Shown here piece after piece: positions 8,917-18,256 of a stretch of 32,000 nucleotides of DNA. The stretch's first letter is position 1. Each line of letters begins with the position of its first letter. The notes below the pieces were generated by a model. The model was given only the letters and a program-made list of their open reading frames with translations, did not search any database and had not been told where the DNA came from. Location of the stretch: the NCBI RefSeq assembly GCF_001545095.1, contig NZ_CP013213.1:2340001-2372000 (forward strand), given 5' to 3'. This DNA is from Erysipelothrix larvae. Its GTDB lineage: Bacteria; Bacillota_I; Bacilli_A; Erysipelotrichales; Erysipelotrichaceae. The translations under genes and the position numbers were made by a program.

Positions 8917-10431
8917 TTAACACCCTAGATAGGTACACGGATTTACCGGTGACCCATTTCGATACAATACAAAGTGGACGTGCGGTCCTGTGGTACGACC
9001 TGTCATACCAACATAACCAATTTGCTCACCTTTACGAACGGTTGTTCCCACACCAAAGTATCCTGGACTTTCCATATGGGCATACAATGTCTTAAATCCG
9101 TTATTGTGATTAATCACAATGTAATACCCAAATTCGCTGTGGTATGTGTTCACTTCCACGACTCCACGGTCAGAAGCATAGATTGGACCATAGCCTCTAT
9201 TTGAACGCGATTGGAAGTCCGTAGCGGCATGACCACCATAACAATACCATCCACACGATACGCGGGCATTATTCATTGGCCAACGGAAATCACCGCTACC
9301 AACTTTAGGTTCTACATAGGTACCTACATACACGATACCACGCACAGGTTCTTTTGTAACTTTTGAGGATACACGGGTTGAACTTACTGAAATATCATTT
9401 TCATAAACATCATGATAGGTCACATCTTCATATCCAACTTCTTCATTGACTTCAACACGTGTCAGTCCTTCTCTAAGACTTGGATCTTCTCGATAGATGA
9501 CATCTTCAGGGTAGATTTTCTCAGAGACGAGACGTTCTTTTGTTACCACTACCGTAAGTGGTGAGTTAAACTTCGCAATGTTCAATTCTAAACCAGGTTT
9601 AAGCACTTGGTTTGTATTCGCGATTTGAGAACTATTAATTGACACGAGTTGGTTGGGTGACATTTCATTCAGCCATGCAATCCCTTCAATTGTGTCATAT
9701 TCTTGTACCGTGTATTTCTTTACATCCGGTTTATACCCAAAACTTAGAAAATTAAGAATTTCCGTTTCGGTTAGTAAGATATCATCAATGGTCGCGAGTC
9801 CTTCTGATATGGTGATTGTTTCACGTACATCAAACCCAATTTCCTGAGTACCATAGGTTACAAGTGGTGTAATTTTTTCGCCTTTTGTTAAGGTCTCATA
9901 CGCTGAATCGGATAGATACCCTAATATAAATTCTTTTCGTGCTTCTAAAAAATCATCACGATTTTTTACGTAAATAATCGCACCATTTGAAAAGCTTATT
10001 TTATCAACCTTAATTGCAATTAAATCCGATTCATAAATATAATTAAAGATTTCTTCATCACGATCTTCATAGACATTGTAGCTCTTCTCTGTTGTCATAT
10101 AGACATCTTGTACATAGCCTAATTCAGAATCTTCGAACTCTTCTTGGTATTCTTTCGTATAGACATCATTAAACAGTGCGTCGATTTTATCTGGATTTGA
10201 AATAATTCCAACCAACTGTCCTTCGTTATATAGTTTTGTGATTTCAATTGGTTCGTCCAATACTGATATAACCTTTTGTGTAAATACTGCGGATGATGTA
10301 TCAACAAGTTCAAAGGTTGAACCATATTTCGCCTCAACACCTTGTCCCTTTAATCCATAAGCCAGTCCCACACTAATGCCCAGTATTCCAAGAACCATTA
10401 GAAAATTTCTAAGGTTTTTGTTGTTTTTCAA
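8917..10431 (-). CDS. M23 family metallopeptidase with N-terminal TM, LysM and G5 domains
   Basis: The LysM-like segment is YTVQEYDTIEGIAWLNEMSPNQLVSIN. A G5-like segment lies before it, and the M23 motifs HAATDF and GPHVHF are present. The TTG start overlaps the dnaB stop (CATTGAAA). Confidence 0.85.
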   Translation of the reverse strand: MKNNKNLRNFLMVLGILGISVGLAYGLKGQGVEAKYGSTFELVDTSSAVFTQKVISVLDEPIEITKLYNEGQLVGIISNPDKIDALFNDVYTKEYQEEFEDSELGYVQDVYMTTEKSYNVYEDRDEEIFNYIYESDLIAIKVDKISFSNGAIIYVKNRDDFLEARKEFILGYLSDSAYETLTKGEKITPLVTYGTQEIGFDVRETITISEGLATIDDILLTETEILNFLSFGYKPDVKKYTVQEYDTIEGIAWLNEMSPNQLVSINSSQIANTNQVLKPGLELNIAKFNSPLTVVVTKERLVSEKIYPEDVIYREDPSLREGLTRVEVNEEVGYEDVTYHDVYENDISVSSTRVSSKVTKEPVRGIVYVGTYVEPKVGSGDFRWPMNNARVSCGWYCYGGHAATDFQSRSNRGYGPIYASDRGVVEVNTYHSEFGYYIVINHNNGFKTLYAHMESPGYFGVGTTVRKGEQIGYVGMTGRTTGPHVHFVLYRNGSPVNPCTYLGC

Positions 10432-11792
10432 TGCTCATCGCCTCCGTATCGATTATCCACAGGATAGAACCGGTTAATGCTTGCTCTAAAGCTTAATGGT
10501 ACATCCCCTAACGCACCATTACGGTGCTTGCGGATCAATAGTTTGACATCCTCTTCTTCTCTTGGTTCGTTTTCAACACCATTTTGTTGGCGTTGGTGAT
10601 ATTCTTCTCGATATAAAAACATAACAATATCCGCGTCTTGCTCAATCGCCCCTGATTCACGCAAGTCACTCAGTTGTGGCATGTTCCCTTCTCTTCTTTC
10701 AACTAAACGCGAAAGTTGAGACAATGCCAACACTGGTACTTCAAGCTCACGGGCTAATTGCTTAAGCCCACGTGAGATTTCAGATACTTCTTGTTGTCGG
10801 TTATCGGAATTACCGCGTCCTGTAATCAGCTGAACGTAGTCAATTACGATAAAATCCAAACGGTTATCATTTTTAAGTTTACGACATTTCGCAAACATTT
10901 CGCTTAGGGTAATGGTTGAGCTATCGTCAATAAAAATATTGCGATCACGCATAATCGTTACCCCTTCGTTTAACTTATTCCACTCTTCTGTTGAAAGCTT
11001 CCCATTTCGAAGGGATGCTCCTGGAACTGCAGATTGTGCTGATAGCATACGCATCATTAAATGTGACGCAGGCATTTCCAGAGAAAATACAGCGACTGCA
11101 GCCTCACCATTGGCATTCATACGTGCAATATTCATTGCAAGATTTAGTGCAAAAGCGGTTTTCCCTACAGAAGGACGTGCCGCTAGAATCAATAAATCAC
11201 CGCGTTGTAATCCACTGGTAATGTTATCCAAATGGTTATACCCTGTATAAAGTCCTGTAACACGTGAACCACGTTCTGAGATATCTTTGATTTGTTGGTA
11301 TACTTTATCCACAACATCGCGTCCCGCAAGCATATCATCAGTACGTTGACTGAGTGCAAGGGTTGCGAGGTTCTTCTCGGCCATATTGAGAAGGTCACTA
11401 AAGGATGTGCTTGTATCAAATCCTTTTTCCATAACCATTTGTGATGAAAGGATCAAGTTTCTTAATCGTGATTTCTCTTGAACTATCTCAACATAATCTT
11501 CCAACGTTGAAGGCGTTCCAGAGTTTTCGCTTAAGAACACAAGATAAGACATACCACCCACAGCATCCAGCAAGGTGTGGTCTTTGAGTCGTGTTACAAC
11601 GGTTGTTGCATCAAGAGTTACCCCTTCATCCAACAAAGCTGACATATGTTCAAAAATACGTTGATGTTCTGATTTAAAGAAATCATTGGGTGTAAGTCCA
11701 TGTTCCATGACCGCATTACCACTCTCAGGATATACCAATAAGGTTCCTAAAACTGCTTGTTCTGCTTCAATACTATGTGGTAATTTGCGCAT
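10428..11792 (-). CDS. dnaB: Replicative DNA helicase
   Basis: 454 aa. Motifs are PHSIEAEQAVLG at the N-terminus, the Walker A ARPSVGKTAFALN and the DnaB C-terminal motifs. Confidence 0.95.
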   Translation of the reverse strand: MRKLPHSIEAEQAVLGTLLVYPESGNAVMEHGLTPNDFFKSEHQRIFEHMSALLDEGVTLDATTVVTRLKDHTLLDAVGGMSYLVFLSENSGTPSTLEDYVEIVQEKSRLRNLILSSQMVMEKGFDTSTSFSDLLNMAEKNLATLALSQRTDDMLAGRDVVDKVYQQIKDISERGSRVTGLYTGYNHLDNITSGLQRGDLLILAARPSVGKTAFALNLAMNIARMNANGEAAVAVFSLEMPASHLMMRMLSAQSAVPGASLRNGKLSTEEWNKLNEGVTIMRDRNIFIDDSSTITLSEMFAKCRKLKNDNRLDFIVIDYVQLITGRGNSDNRQQEVSEISRGLKQLARELEVPVLALSQLSRLVERREGNMPQLSDLRESGAIEQDADIVMFLYREEYHQRQQNGVENEPREEEDVKLLIRKHRNGALGDVPLSFRASINRFYPVDNRYGGDEH

Positions 11793-11803
11793 ACGTTACA
11801 CTC

Positions 11804-12253
11804 CTATCCTTTTGATTTCAAGATCACTGTTAGTTTGGCACTGACGCTATCATACAGTCCAACTTCTAATTTATGAGGCCCCAATCCTTGAACTGGACCA
11901 TTTGGTTTGAATTTTCGTTTGTCTACTGAGATATTATAATCCGATTTTAGTTTCGCTTCAATTTGTTTTGTAGAGATTGATCCAAACACCCGTCCTTGAC
12001 TGCCTTCTTTGACTTCAAATACAACTTCAAGCTTTTCAATCTCTTGTGCAAGTTTCTTTGCATCTTCAATGTTTTGTTCATGTTGCTTCTGACGATCCAC
12101 TTTTTGATCTTTTAGGATGTCTCTACTGTGTGAGCTTGCCAGTACTGCTAAACGATTTGGGATGAGGTAGTTTCGTGCGTATCCATCCGATACATCAACA
12201 ATTTCATCTTTTTTTCCTAATTTTTTAACATCTTTTAATAATATTACTTTCAT
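11804..12253 (-). CDS. rplI: 50S ribosomal protein L9
   Basis: 149 aa, starting [32 protein letters not shown]. Confidence 0.95.
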   Translation of the reverse strand: MKVILLKDVKKLGKKDEIVDVSDGYARNYLIPNRLAVLASSHSRDILKDQKVDRQKQHEQNIEDAKKLAQEIEKLEVVFEVKEGSQGRVFGSISTKQIEAKLKSDYNISVDKRKFKPNGPVQGLGPHKLEVGLYDSVSAKLTVILKSKG

Positions 12254-12254
12254 A

Positions 12255-14213
12255 CTAGTCTCCTTCTTCCATTACTTCACGTATTGCGCCTTTTAAGGAC
12301 TCTACAACATCATTTATGCTTTGTCCGACTATTTGTGTTGCAGCTCCGGTAAAATGGCCACCGCCCCCCAAACGTTCCATGACACGTTGCACATTTAAAT
12401 CACCTTTTGAGCGTGCGGAAATCCCTACTGTATCCTCTTTAACAACAGAAACCACAAAAGAAGCTTCCACATCTCGAACTTTCAGGATATCATCAGCAAC
12501 TTGAGACATAATCGTTCGACTGATTATTCCATCCTTATATGCTGCAATAACATATCCATCTTCAAACAGTTCACTGTGACTTAATACGCGTGTCTTCAAT
12601 TCAAAGGCATCGTATTCATCTCTAAGTATATTTTCAGTCATTGTTAAGTCTGCACCATATTTACGCAGCTCAGCAGCCGCTTCAAAGGTACGGCTTCCAC
12701 TTCGATTTCTAAATCGATTGGTATCAATTAACATTCCCGTGTACATAAATGTCGCATCAATCTTCGACAACGTGACATTCTTCAAATGATAAGGGAACAG
12801 TTCAATAATTAACTCACTTGCAGAAGAAGCCGAAGGTTCTATGTACACTAAATCCGGTTTAAATGTAAATTCACCGGTTCTTCGATGGTGGTCAATGACG
12901 ATAATCTTATTTGCTTTACGAATAATCGGTTCACCTTGGGTTTGTTCAATACTGTGGTGATCCACAAGAATCACAAGCGTATTATCGCCCACCTTTTCAA
13001 GCGCTTGATTTGGCGCAGTAAAACGGTGGTGTTTTCCAAGTTCTTCTCGATTATTATTAAAGGCTTCTAAAAGTTTGACTTCTGTATCATTGAGATCAAA
13101 CACAATGTCACAGGGTTTATCATACACACTTACAATGGATGAGATTCCCAACGCACTCCCAATACAGTCAAAGTCCATAATATGGTGTCCGACAACAATT
13201 ACATTGGATGCTTTTTGAATTTGTTCACCAAGATTATGTGCAATAACACGCACACGCACTTTGGAGCGTTTCTCCACTGCTTCTGAGTTTCCACCAAAAT
13301 ATCGCATTTGTTCATTCTTTGTATTGATTGCGACCTGATCACCACCACGCGACTGTGCAAGTTCTAATGCACGATTTGACATATCTTCAAGTTCTTTATA
13401 GTTATCACTCTTGCGTGCAAACGCAAGGGATAATGTAATTGATGTATCGATTTCTGCAGATGCTTTACGTACATCATTAAGGATACTAAAGCGTTCACGT
13501 TCAATTTGAGTGAAGACTTTCTCATCCATAGCAAGTAAATAGCGGTCTGGACGAATACGGCGCACAAACATATTGTGTTGTGTTGCCCATCGTACAACAG
13601 CCTGACGAATATTCATATCAATATAGGAAACTGTTTGTTCCTCTGTATATGCGGTTGTATCTTCATAGTTATCTAAGTGGGCAATCCCAATCACAACTTG
13701 GTTATTTTTTAGTTGCGTTCTAACAACACCCAGCTCGGTAATATCTTGGAAGACTACGATTCCTTGACTTTTCAGTGCACCTACTTCAAAGACGATATCT
13801 TCGTAGTTCACCATTTCACGCTCTTTTCCATCTAAGACCACTGCACGTGCATCGGGGAAGATTTCTAAAAATCGCATGCCAATGACGTTTAGATCTTTGT
13901 AGGAATCAAAGAACTCACTCATCCACGTGATAATCCCATTTTCGTCATAGGTGACAAATCCAAGTTTACCAAAAATAAATGCAGCTCCGGATTCTTTCCC
14001 TAAGGCCCGTGAGACTGTAAGCACGCGTTCTTTATAAAGACTCCATGCTTGGTAAAAAATAAAGGTTACAAGCAATAAATTGAATAATATTAAGGCATAT
14101 TGTATGTAAACAAGCCAAGTTTCTAAGAAGACACGAAAAATGACAACCATTACAAGTTCTGTAAGTGCCACCAACATAATTCTTGTTTTATATTTTTCGA
14201 AGCGTTCGACCAT
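12255..14213 (-). CDS. gdpP: Cyclic-di-AMP phosphodiesterase GdpP (TM-PAS-degenerate GGDEF-DHH/DHHA1)
   Basis: It has two N-terminal TM helices, DHH (VLVDHHS, VIDHHRR) and the DHHA1 GGGGH motif. It sits in the conserved position between rplI and rpsR. The start is probably the ATG at 14213, which has GAAGGGGG 5 nt upstream. Confidence 0.9.
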   Translation of the reverse strand: MVERFEKYKTRIMLVALTELVMVVIFRVFLETWLVYIQYALILFNLLLVTFIFYQAWSLYKERVLTVSRALGKESGAAFIFGKLGFVTYDENGIITWMSEFFDSYKDLNVIGMRFLEIFPDARAVVLDGKEREMVNYEDIVFEVGALKSQGIVVFQDITELGVVRTQLKNNQVVIGIAHLDNYEDTTAYTEEQTVSYIDMNIRQAVVRWATQHNMFVRRIRPDRYLLAMDEKVFTQIERERFSILNDVRKASAEIDTSITLSLAFARKSDNYKELEDMSNRALELAQSRGGDQVAINTKNEQMRYFGGNSEAVEKRSKVRVRVIAHNLGEQIQKASNVIVVGHHIMDFDCIGSALGISSIVSVYDKPCDIVFDLNDTEVKLLEAFNNNREELGKHHRFTAPNQALEKVGDNTLVILVDHHSIEQTQGEPIIRKANKIIVIDHHRRTGEFTFKPDLVYIEPSASSASELIIELFPYHLKNVTLSKIDATFMYTGMLIDTNRFRNRSGSRTFEAAAELRKYGADLTMTENILRDEYDAFELKTRVLSHSELFEDGYVIAAYKDGIISRTIMSQVADDILKVRDVEASFVVSVVKEDTVGISARSKGDLNVQRVMERLGGGGHFTGAATQIVGQSINDVVESLKGAIREVMEEGD

Positions 14214-14263
14214 ATGAACCCCCTTCGTTACCACTCAATATTACCATATTTATAAACAATTAT

Positions 14264-14800
14264 CTATTTCTCGATTCTCTTTATTAAAACTTCAAAGGCT
14301 TCAAATACATAGATAATGACCCATGTTTCTAAAACAGTGATTAATAAGTACGCACCCATAAAAACAGCAGTCAGTAAGGGGCCTCTTTGTAAACCAAACA
14401 ATTCTGAAATCATGATCAAATCTTCATTGATATCAACACCAATTATATTTGAAAACGTAAAAAGCATCACTAAAAAATTAATGATATTAACAATTGTAGA
14501 ACCCATAAATGTTGTGAGTTTTGACTTCTTAGCACTCTTTAAAAATACATAGGTCAGACCTACTGCACCATAACCCAACACTAAAAGTGCATAACCAAAA
14601 CCACTCACGATAAAGGTTAGAAATACGGATGTAATATATGCGGTCAGCGTGTATTGAACTGAAGCCTTTCTTCCATAATACATCAATGGGATTGGAATGA
14701 ACAGGATGAGACACCCCCCAAACATCACATTGAGTAAAACGAGAATTGTAACGAGTGCTGCACACATTGCACCCAAGATTAATTCGTTAGTTTTTCTCAT
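14264..14800 (-). CDS. Polytopic membrane protein in the YybS position (DUF2232-like)
   Basis: 178 aa and very hydrophobic throughout. It lies directly upstream of gdpP, as yybS does in Bacillus. The family call rests on position only. Confidence 0.6.
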   Translation of the reverse strand: MRKTNELILGAMCAALVTILVLLNVMFGGCLILFIPIPLMYYGRKASVQYTLTAYITSVFLTFIVSGFGYALLVLGYGAVGLTYVFLKSAKKSKLTTFMGSTIVNIINFLVMLFTFSNIIGVDINEDLIMISELFGLQRGPLLTAVFMGAYLLITVLETWVIIYVFEAFEVLIKRIEK

Positions 14801-14820
14801 GATAAACTCCTATATAAGGC

Positions 14821-14846
14821 AAAATCCTCCCATAAGAGAGGATTTT
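14821..14846 (-). terminator. Hairpin downstream of rpsR
   Basis: A 9-bp stem AAAATCCTC/GAGGATTTT has an 8-nt loop. The U-tract is partly within the stem. Confidence 0.45.
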
Positions 14847-14854
14847 TTGATTTC

Positions 14855-15088
14855 TTAATTGTCTGAAACGTAAGGTAACAATGCCATTTCACGAGCGCGC
14901 TTAATAGCAGTCGCGAGTGGACGTTGGTACTTCGCTTTTGTTCCTGTAACACGACGAGGAATGATTTTACCATTAGAAGAAATAAAACGTTTTAGTAATT
15001 CAACATCTTTGTAATCGATGTATTTTACGTTATTTTTTGTAAAGTAACAAACCTTGCGACGTGATCCACGAAATTTACGATATGACAT
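14855..15088 (-). CDS. rpsR: 30S ribosomal protein S18
   Basis: 77 aa with the motifs [34 protein letters not shown]. Confidence 0.95.
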   Translation of the reverse strand: MSYRKFRGSRRKVCYFTKNNVKYIDYKDVELLKRFISSNGKIIPRRVTGTKAKYQRPLATAIKRAREMALLPYVSDN

Positions 15089-15107
15089 AATTCAAATCTC
15101 CTTTCGA

Positions 15108-15548
15108 TTAGAATGGAAGATCATCACTGGTAATGTCAAGTATTGGACCATCATCTACGCTATCGTAAGATGGTTCACTTGGGGCACTGTATGATGGTGC
15201 TACAGAACTTTGACGTTGTTGTTCTTGACGTTGAGCACGGGACTCAAGTGCTTGAACATTTTCAGCGACAACTTCGGTAACATATACACGCTTTCCAGTT
15301 GCATCTTCATAATTTCTTGTTTGGATGCGTCCTTCAACACCAATTAATGATCCTTTAGGAATATAATTAGCGAGGAATTCTGCTTGCTGGTTCCAAGCTA
15401 CGCAGTTAATAAAATCTGCTTGCTCTTGTTCACCGCCAAAACGACGATTTACAGCAATCGTAAACGATACTACGGATTTACCGGTATTCGTTTTCTTCAA
15501 TTCAGGGTCTTTCGTAATTCGACCCACCAATATTGTGCGATTAATCAT
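15108..15548 (-). CDS. ssb: Single-stranded DNA-binding protein
   Basis: The N-terminal OB fold starts [17 protein letters not shown] and the acidic C-terminal tip is DDLPF. Confidence 0.95.
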   Translation of the reverse strand: MINRTILVGRITKDPELKKTNTGKSVVSFTIAVNRRFGGEQEQADFINCVAWNQQAEFLANYIPKGSLIGVEGRIQTRNYEDATGKRVYVTEVVAENVQALESRAQRQEQQRQSSVAPSYSAPSEPSYDSVDDGPILDITSDDLPF

Positions 15549-15560
15549 TTTCTCACCTCA

Positions 15561-15857
15561 TTAGTTTTGTTCATCTAATCTTACGATCATATGACGCACT
15601 ACATCTTTGTTGATGCGAGCTAGACGATCAAATTCGTTTAGCGCTGCTTCTTCAGCTGAGGTAAATGTTGTAACTACGTAGTAACCTTTTGTTAAATCTT
15701 TGATTTCGTACGCAAGATCACGCAAACCCCACTCGTCGACTGAAACAAGTGTTGCACCATTGTTTGTCAAGATACCGTGTAGGTTCTCGATAAGTGCTCC
15801 ACGTGTCGCATCATCTAGTGATGGATTTACGATGTACATCAACTCATATTTTCTCAT
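15561..15857 (-). CDS. rpsF: 30S ribosomal protein S6
   Basis: 98 aa, starting MRKYELMYIVNP. Confidence 0.95.
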   Translation of the reverse strand: MRKYELMYIVNPSLDDATRGALIENLHGILTNNGATLVSVDEWGLRDLAYEIKDLTKGYYVVTTFTSAEEAALNEFDRLARINKDVVRHMIVRLDEQN

Positions 15858-15924
15858 TTGTACACCTCCTTTTGGTCTGTGGGCATTTCTGCCAAGGAAT
15901 AAACTTACATTTAGTCCGGTCTAG

Positions 15925-15953
15925 ATTATAACACTAATTATTCCGTTTGTCTA
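15925..15953 (-). promoter_or_regulatory. Putative sigma-A promoter of the rpsF-ssb-rpsR operon
   Basis: On the minus strand, TAGACA (15953-15948) is followed by a 17-nt spacer and TATAAT (15930-15925). The TG at 15933-15932 gives the extended -10 TGtTATAAT. It lies about 65 nt upstream of the rpsF ATG. Confidence 0.5.
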
Positions 15954-15998
15954 TCTTACCTCAATATTAATTATGCACCCATTCCTACAATTCCTAAG

Positions 15999-16313
15999 CT
16001 AAATTGATTTTAAATATTGTTGGATGATGTCGCGTAATTTTTGATTGCGTTTTGACCCTTCTTCAGTTGTGCTTTGAGCATTCAATAAGAACTGTTCCAC
16101 TTCCTGAATATCAAGCCATTGATCTGTAGAAACACTTGGATAGCGTTCTTTATAGTCAAGATAAAGCGCATAATAGTCCACGCCATCAAGGGTTAATTCA
16201 TCATAAAACTCGTAAGGGAAACCACGCCCACTGTCTTCCACTAACTCATAGCAATCATACGTTTTGTTATAGCTCAAGAGAATTGTATTCTCAAATCGAA
16301 CAAAGGTTTCCAT
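15999..16313 (-). CDS. Hypothetical acidic 104-aa protein, start overlapping the stop of the ispD-like gene
   Basis: It is an ORF with a 1-nt overlap to the upstream gene (translational coupling geometry). I recognise no motif. Confidence 0.55.
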   Translation of the reverse strand: METFVRFENTILLSYNKTYDCYELVEDSGRGFPYEFYDELTLDGVDYYALYLDYKERYPSVSTDQWLDIQEVEQFLLNAQSTTEEGSKRNQKLRDIIQQYLKSI

Positions 16314-16942
16314 TATCGTGGCATAAAACGCACATTCCGTGCATCCCCTTTAACAACCGCAATTCGCGTATCCGATAGCTTCGATATTATAGCAGCATCG
16401 TCTTTGTCTTTAAGTCCTTGTTGCTGTGCAAGTGCGTAACACTTGATTGCAAGGGATGTCTTAAATGCTTGAGGTGTCTGTGCACTATAATACCCTTTGG
16501 TTTTCACAGAAGATTCCATATATCCATCATTTACAGTAATGATTGGACTGCGCACTTCTGTCGCAGCGACACACGCATCTTCCGTCTCCATTTTATCCAA
16601 GATACGATCAACAACTTCTTGGCGAATCCACGGTCTCACACCATCATGAATTAACACAACATCCTCTAATACTGCAGTTAATCCATTTAGTACACTTTCA
16701 ATCCGTGTTGACCCTCCCTTAACATGGAGTATTTTCCCTGTGTCATGTTGTTCAACAACGCGTCTCATATCGGTTGAATTCGTCACAATCACAATTTGCT
16801 TGCAGCGCCCATCTTCAAGAAATCGTGATACTGTCTTTTCAAGCACACTTGTGTGCTTATCAAACTGAGCAAGCGCCTTCTCATAGCTCTTACCCTTCGA
16901 TGCATCTTTCCCTACTGCTAATATCAATGCTGAATAATTCAT
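16313..16942 (-). CDS. IspD/TarI-family cytidylyltransferase-like protein with a divergent N-terminal nucleotide loop
   Basis: The family motifs KGGSTRIESVLNGL, VLIHDGVRP and QTPQAF are present. The usual N-terminal PAAG.G.RM...PKQ is replaced by LAVGKDASKGKSYEKALAQF. Confidence 0.65.
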   Translation of the reverse strand: MNYSALILAVGKDASKGKSYEKALAQFDKHTSVLEKTVSRFLEDGRCKQIVIVTNSTDMRRVVEQHDTGKILHVKGGSTRIESVLNGLTAVLEDVVLIHDGVRPWIRQEVVDRILDKMETEDACVAATEVRSPIITVNDGYMESSVKTKGYYSAQTPQAFKTSLAIKCYALAQQQGLKDKDDAAIISKLSDTRIAVVKGDARNVRFMPR

Positions 16943-17066
16943 AAGACCTCCATCTTTTTGTATATTCTATCACATTTATACTCCATTGAAAGAAAGACAT
17001 GAACTTTTTCCACAAATAAATTGATAGAGTATTTCACCAACTCTATTGAGAAGATATAAAATACAA

Positions 17067-17636
17067 TCACTTTATCAGTTTTAATGCTTTTGCCTTATGA
17101 ATTATTTTCAAGTATACAGGTTTCATATGTGCCTCATTCACTTCTTCTAGAAATGTATCCAATGGCATCCAACCAACATTACTATTCTCAGATTCATTGA
17201 TGCTCAAAACTTCGCGTTCGCTTACCTCCAGTAAATACGTAACATTGATATGAAGGTGTGATGATACATATTCTCCCCTTTTAACATGACCAATAACTGG
17301 CAAAATATCAAGTGTGAATATCTCAGAAACAATCGGTCTCACTCTTTGCACGCCCGTTTCCTCCTTAACCTCTTGAATTGCGACCTCAAGAAAGTTTGGG
17401 TTCCCATCAACATGACCACCTGTCCATGACCAAGAGTTATAGATATTATGATAAACCATCAACACTTTGTCATGCGCCTCATTCAACACAAACCCCGAAC
17501 TTGTGAAGTGGGCCGTTTCGTTATCACGCACAAGAAGATCCTCGTATCGATCGAGATAGTTCAAAATCATTTCCTTATCTTTAGTTTCTTGATCATTATA
17601 GGGTTTAACGTGATCAATTTGATTTCTTATGTTCAT
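17067..17636 (-). CDS. NUDIX hydrolase
   Basis: The Nudix-box-like segment is GGHVDGNPNFLEVAIQEVKEETGV. A GGAGG SD lies upstream of the ATG. Confidence 0.8.
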   Translation of the reverse strand: MNIRNQIDHVKPYNDQETKDKEMILNYLDRYEDLLVRDNETAHFTSSGFVLNEAHDKVLMVYHNIYNSWSWTGGHVDGNPNFLEVAIQEVKEETGVQRVRPIVSEIFTLDILPVIGHVKRGEYVSSHLHINVTYLLEVSEREVLSINESENSNVGWMPLDTFLEEVNEAHMKPVYLKIIHKAKALKLIK

Positions 17637-17730
17637 ATTACCTCCATACTACAATGCCAACTTGACTTTGTTGCCTACCTAACAGATTATTCACACTGAA
17701 TTCCATCACGATATGTTATTGAAACATATT

Positions 17731-17756
17731 AAAAAGGGAGGGTCACTTGTCCCTCC
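17731..17756 (-). terminator. Orphan intrinsic terminator in the NUDIX-lysS intergenic region
   Basis: The GC-rich stem GGAGGG/CCCTCC (17737-17742 / 17751-17756) has an 8-nt loop and a T5 run on the minus strand. No ORF lies upstream of it. Confidence 0.55.
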
Positions 17757-17786
17757 AAGATCTCCAAAGAGATTGTTAACAATAGA

Positions 17787-17795
17787 ATTATAGCA
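17787..17795 (-). promoter_or_regulatory. Extended -10-like element TGcTATAAT
   Basis: The minus strand reads TGCTATAAT. There is no good -35 (TCAGCG at a 17-nt spacer). It lies ~30 nt upstream of the orphan terminator. Confidence 0.3.
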
Positions 17796-17849
17796 CAAAT
17801 CACCAAACACGCTGAAACTCTTTTTTACTTCATTCAAATTATTAATTGT

Positions 17850-17905
17850 TTCCATTATAATGGAATACACGAACAAAAACAATCAAACCGTCCATTATGA
17901 TGGAA
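17850..17905. repeat. Two copies of a palindromic motif (TTCCATTATAATGGAA and TCCATTATGATGGAA) 41 bp apart
   Basis: 17850-17865 is a perfect 16-bp palindrome. 17891-17905 matches 14 of 15 positions. Confidence 0.6.
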
Positions 17906-18011
17906 TGTAATCAATTGTTCAATAAAACGATAAGGGAATCTAAAGAATGACCTCAAGAATTCTATGCAGTGTTTAGTATAGACCGACACATTATATCGGT
18001 AAAAATATATG

Positions 18012-18147
18012 AAAAAACTGCACATTAATCCAAAATCAAGGTGATGATTAAGGGTTCTATGCAGTCATAATTTATGTACTTCTTTTGAGTGAGATAATCA
18101 ATCCAAATCTATTTTTAACGATGTCTCATAAATGGGATAAGAAGTAC
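18012..18147. repeat. Left att-like direct repeat (orphan copy of the lysS 3' end plus 3' UTR)
   Basis: A hand alignment to 22976-23112 gives 12 substitutions and one 1-nt indel. The first 42 nt are identical. Confidence 0.85.
18115..18147 (-). pseudogene. Orphan lysS C-terminal tail (VLLIPFMRHR*)
   Basis: It has the same frame and stop position as the real lysS end ([10 protein letters not shown]). Homology ends immediately upstream. Confidence 0.8.
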
Positions 18148-18256
18148 CCTTATTGATACAAGTTGTTATAAGTCATTATACGCTTACTTAGTTGGTTTTT
18201 TCTAAGCATAATAAATATGCAACTGATCATATCTCATCTTATCTAATCTTCACTTA

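Noticed and set aside
17960-17970. A possible third, degenerate copy of the att repeat. The 11-mer TTCTATGCAGT is shared with 18055-18065 in the left repeat.
   Set aside because: The similarity does not extend on either side when compared by eye. A single 11-mer is suggestive (chance roughly 0.01) but insufficient to call a third att relic.
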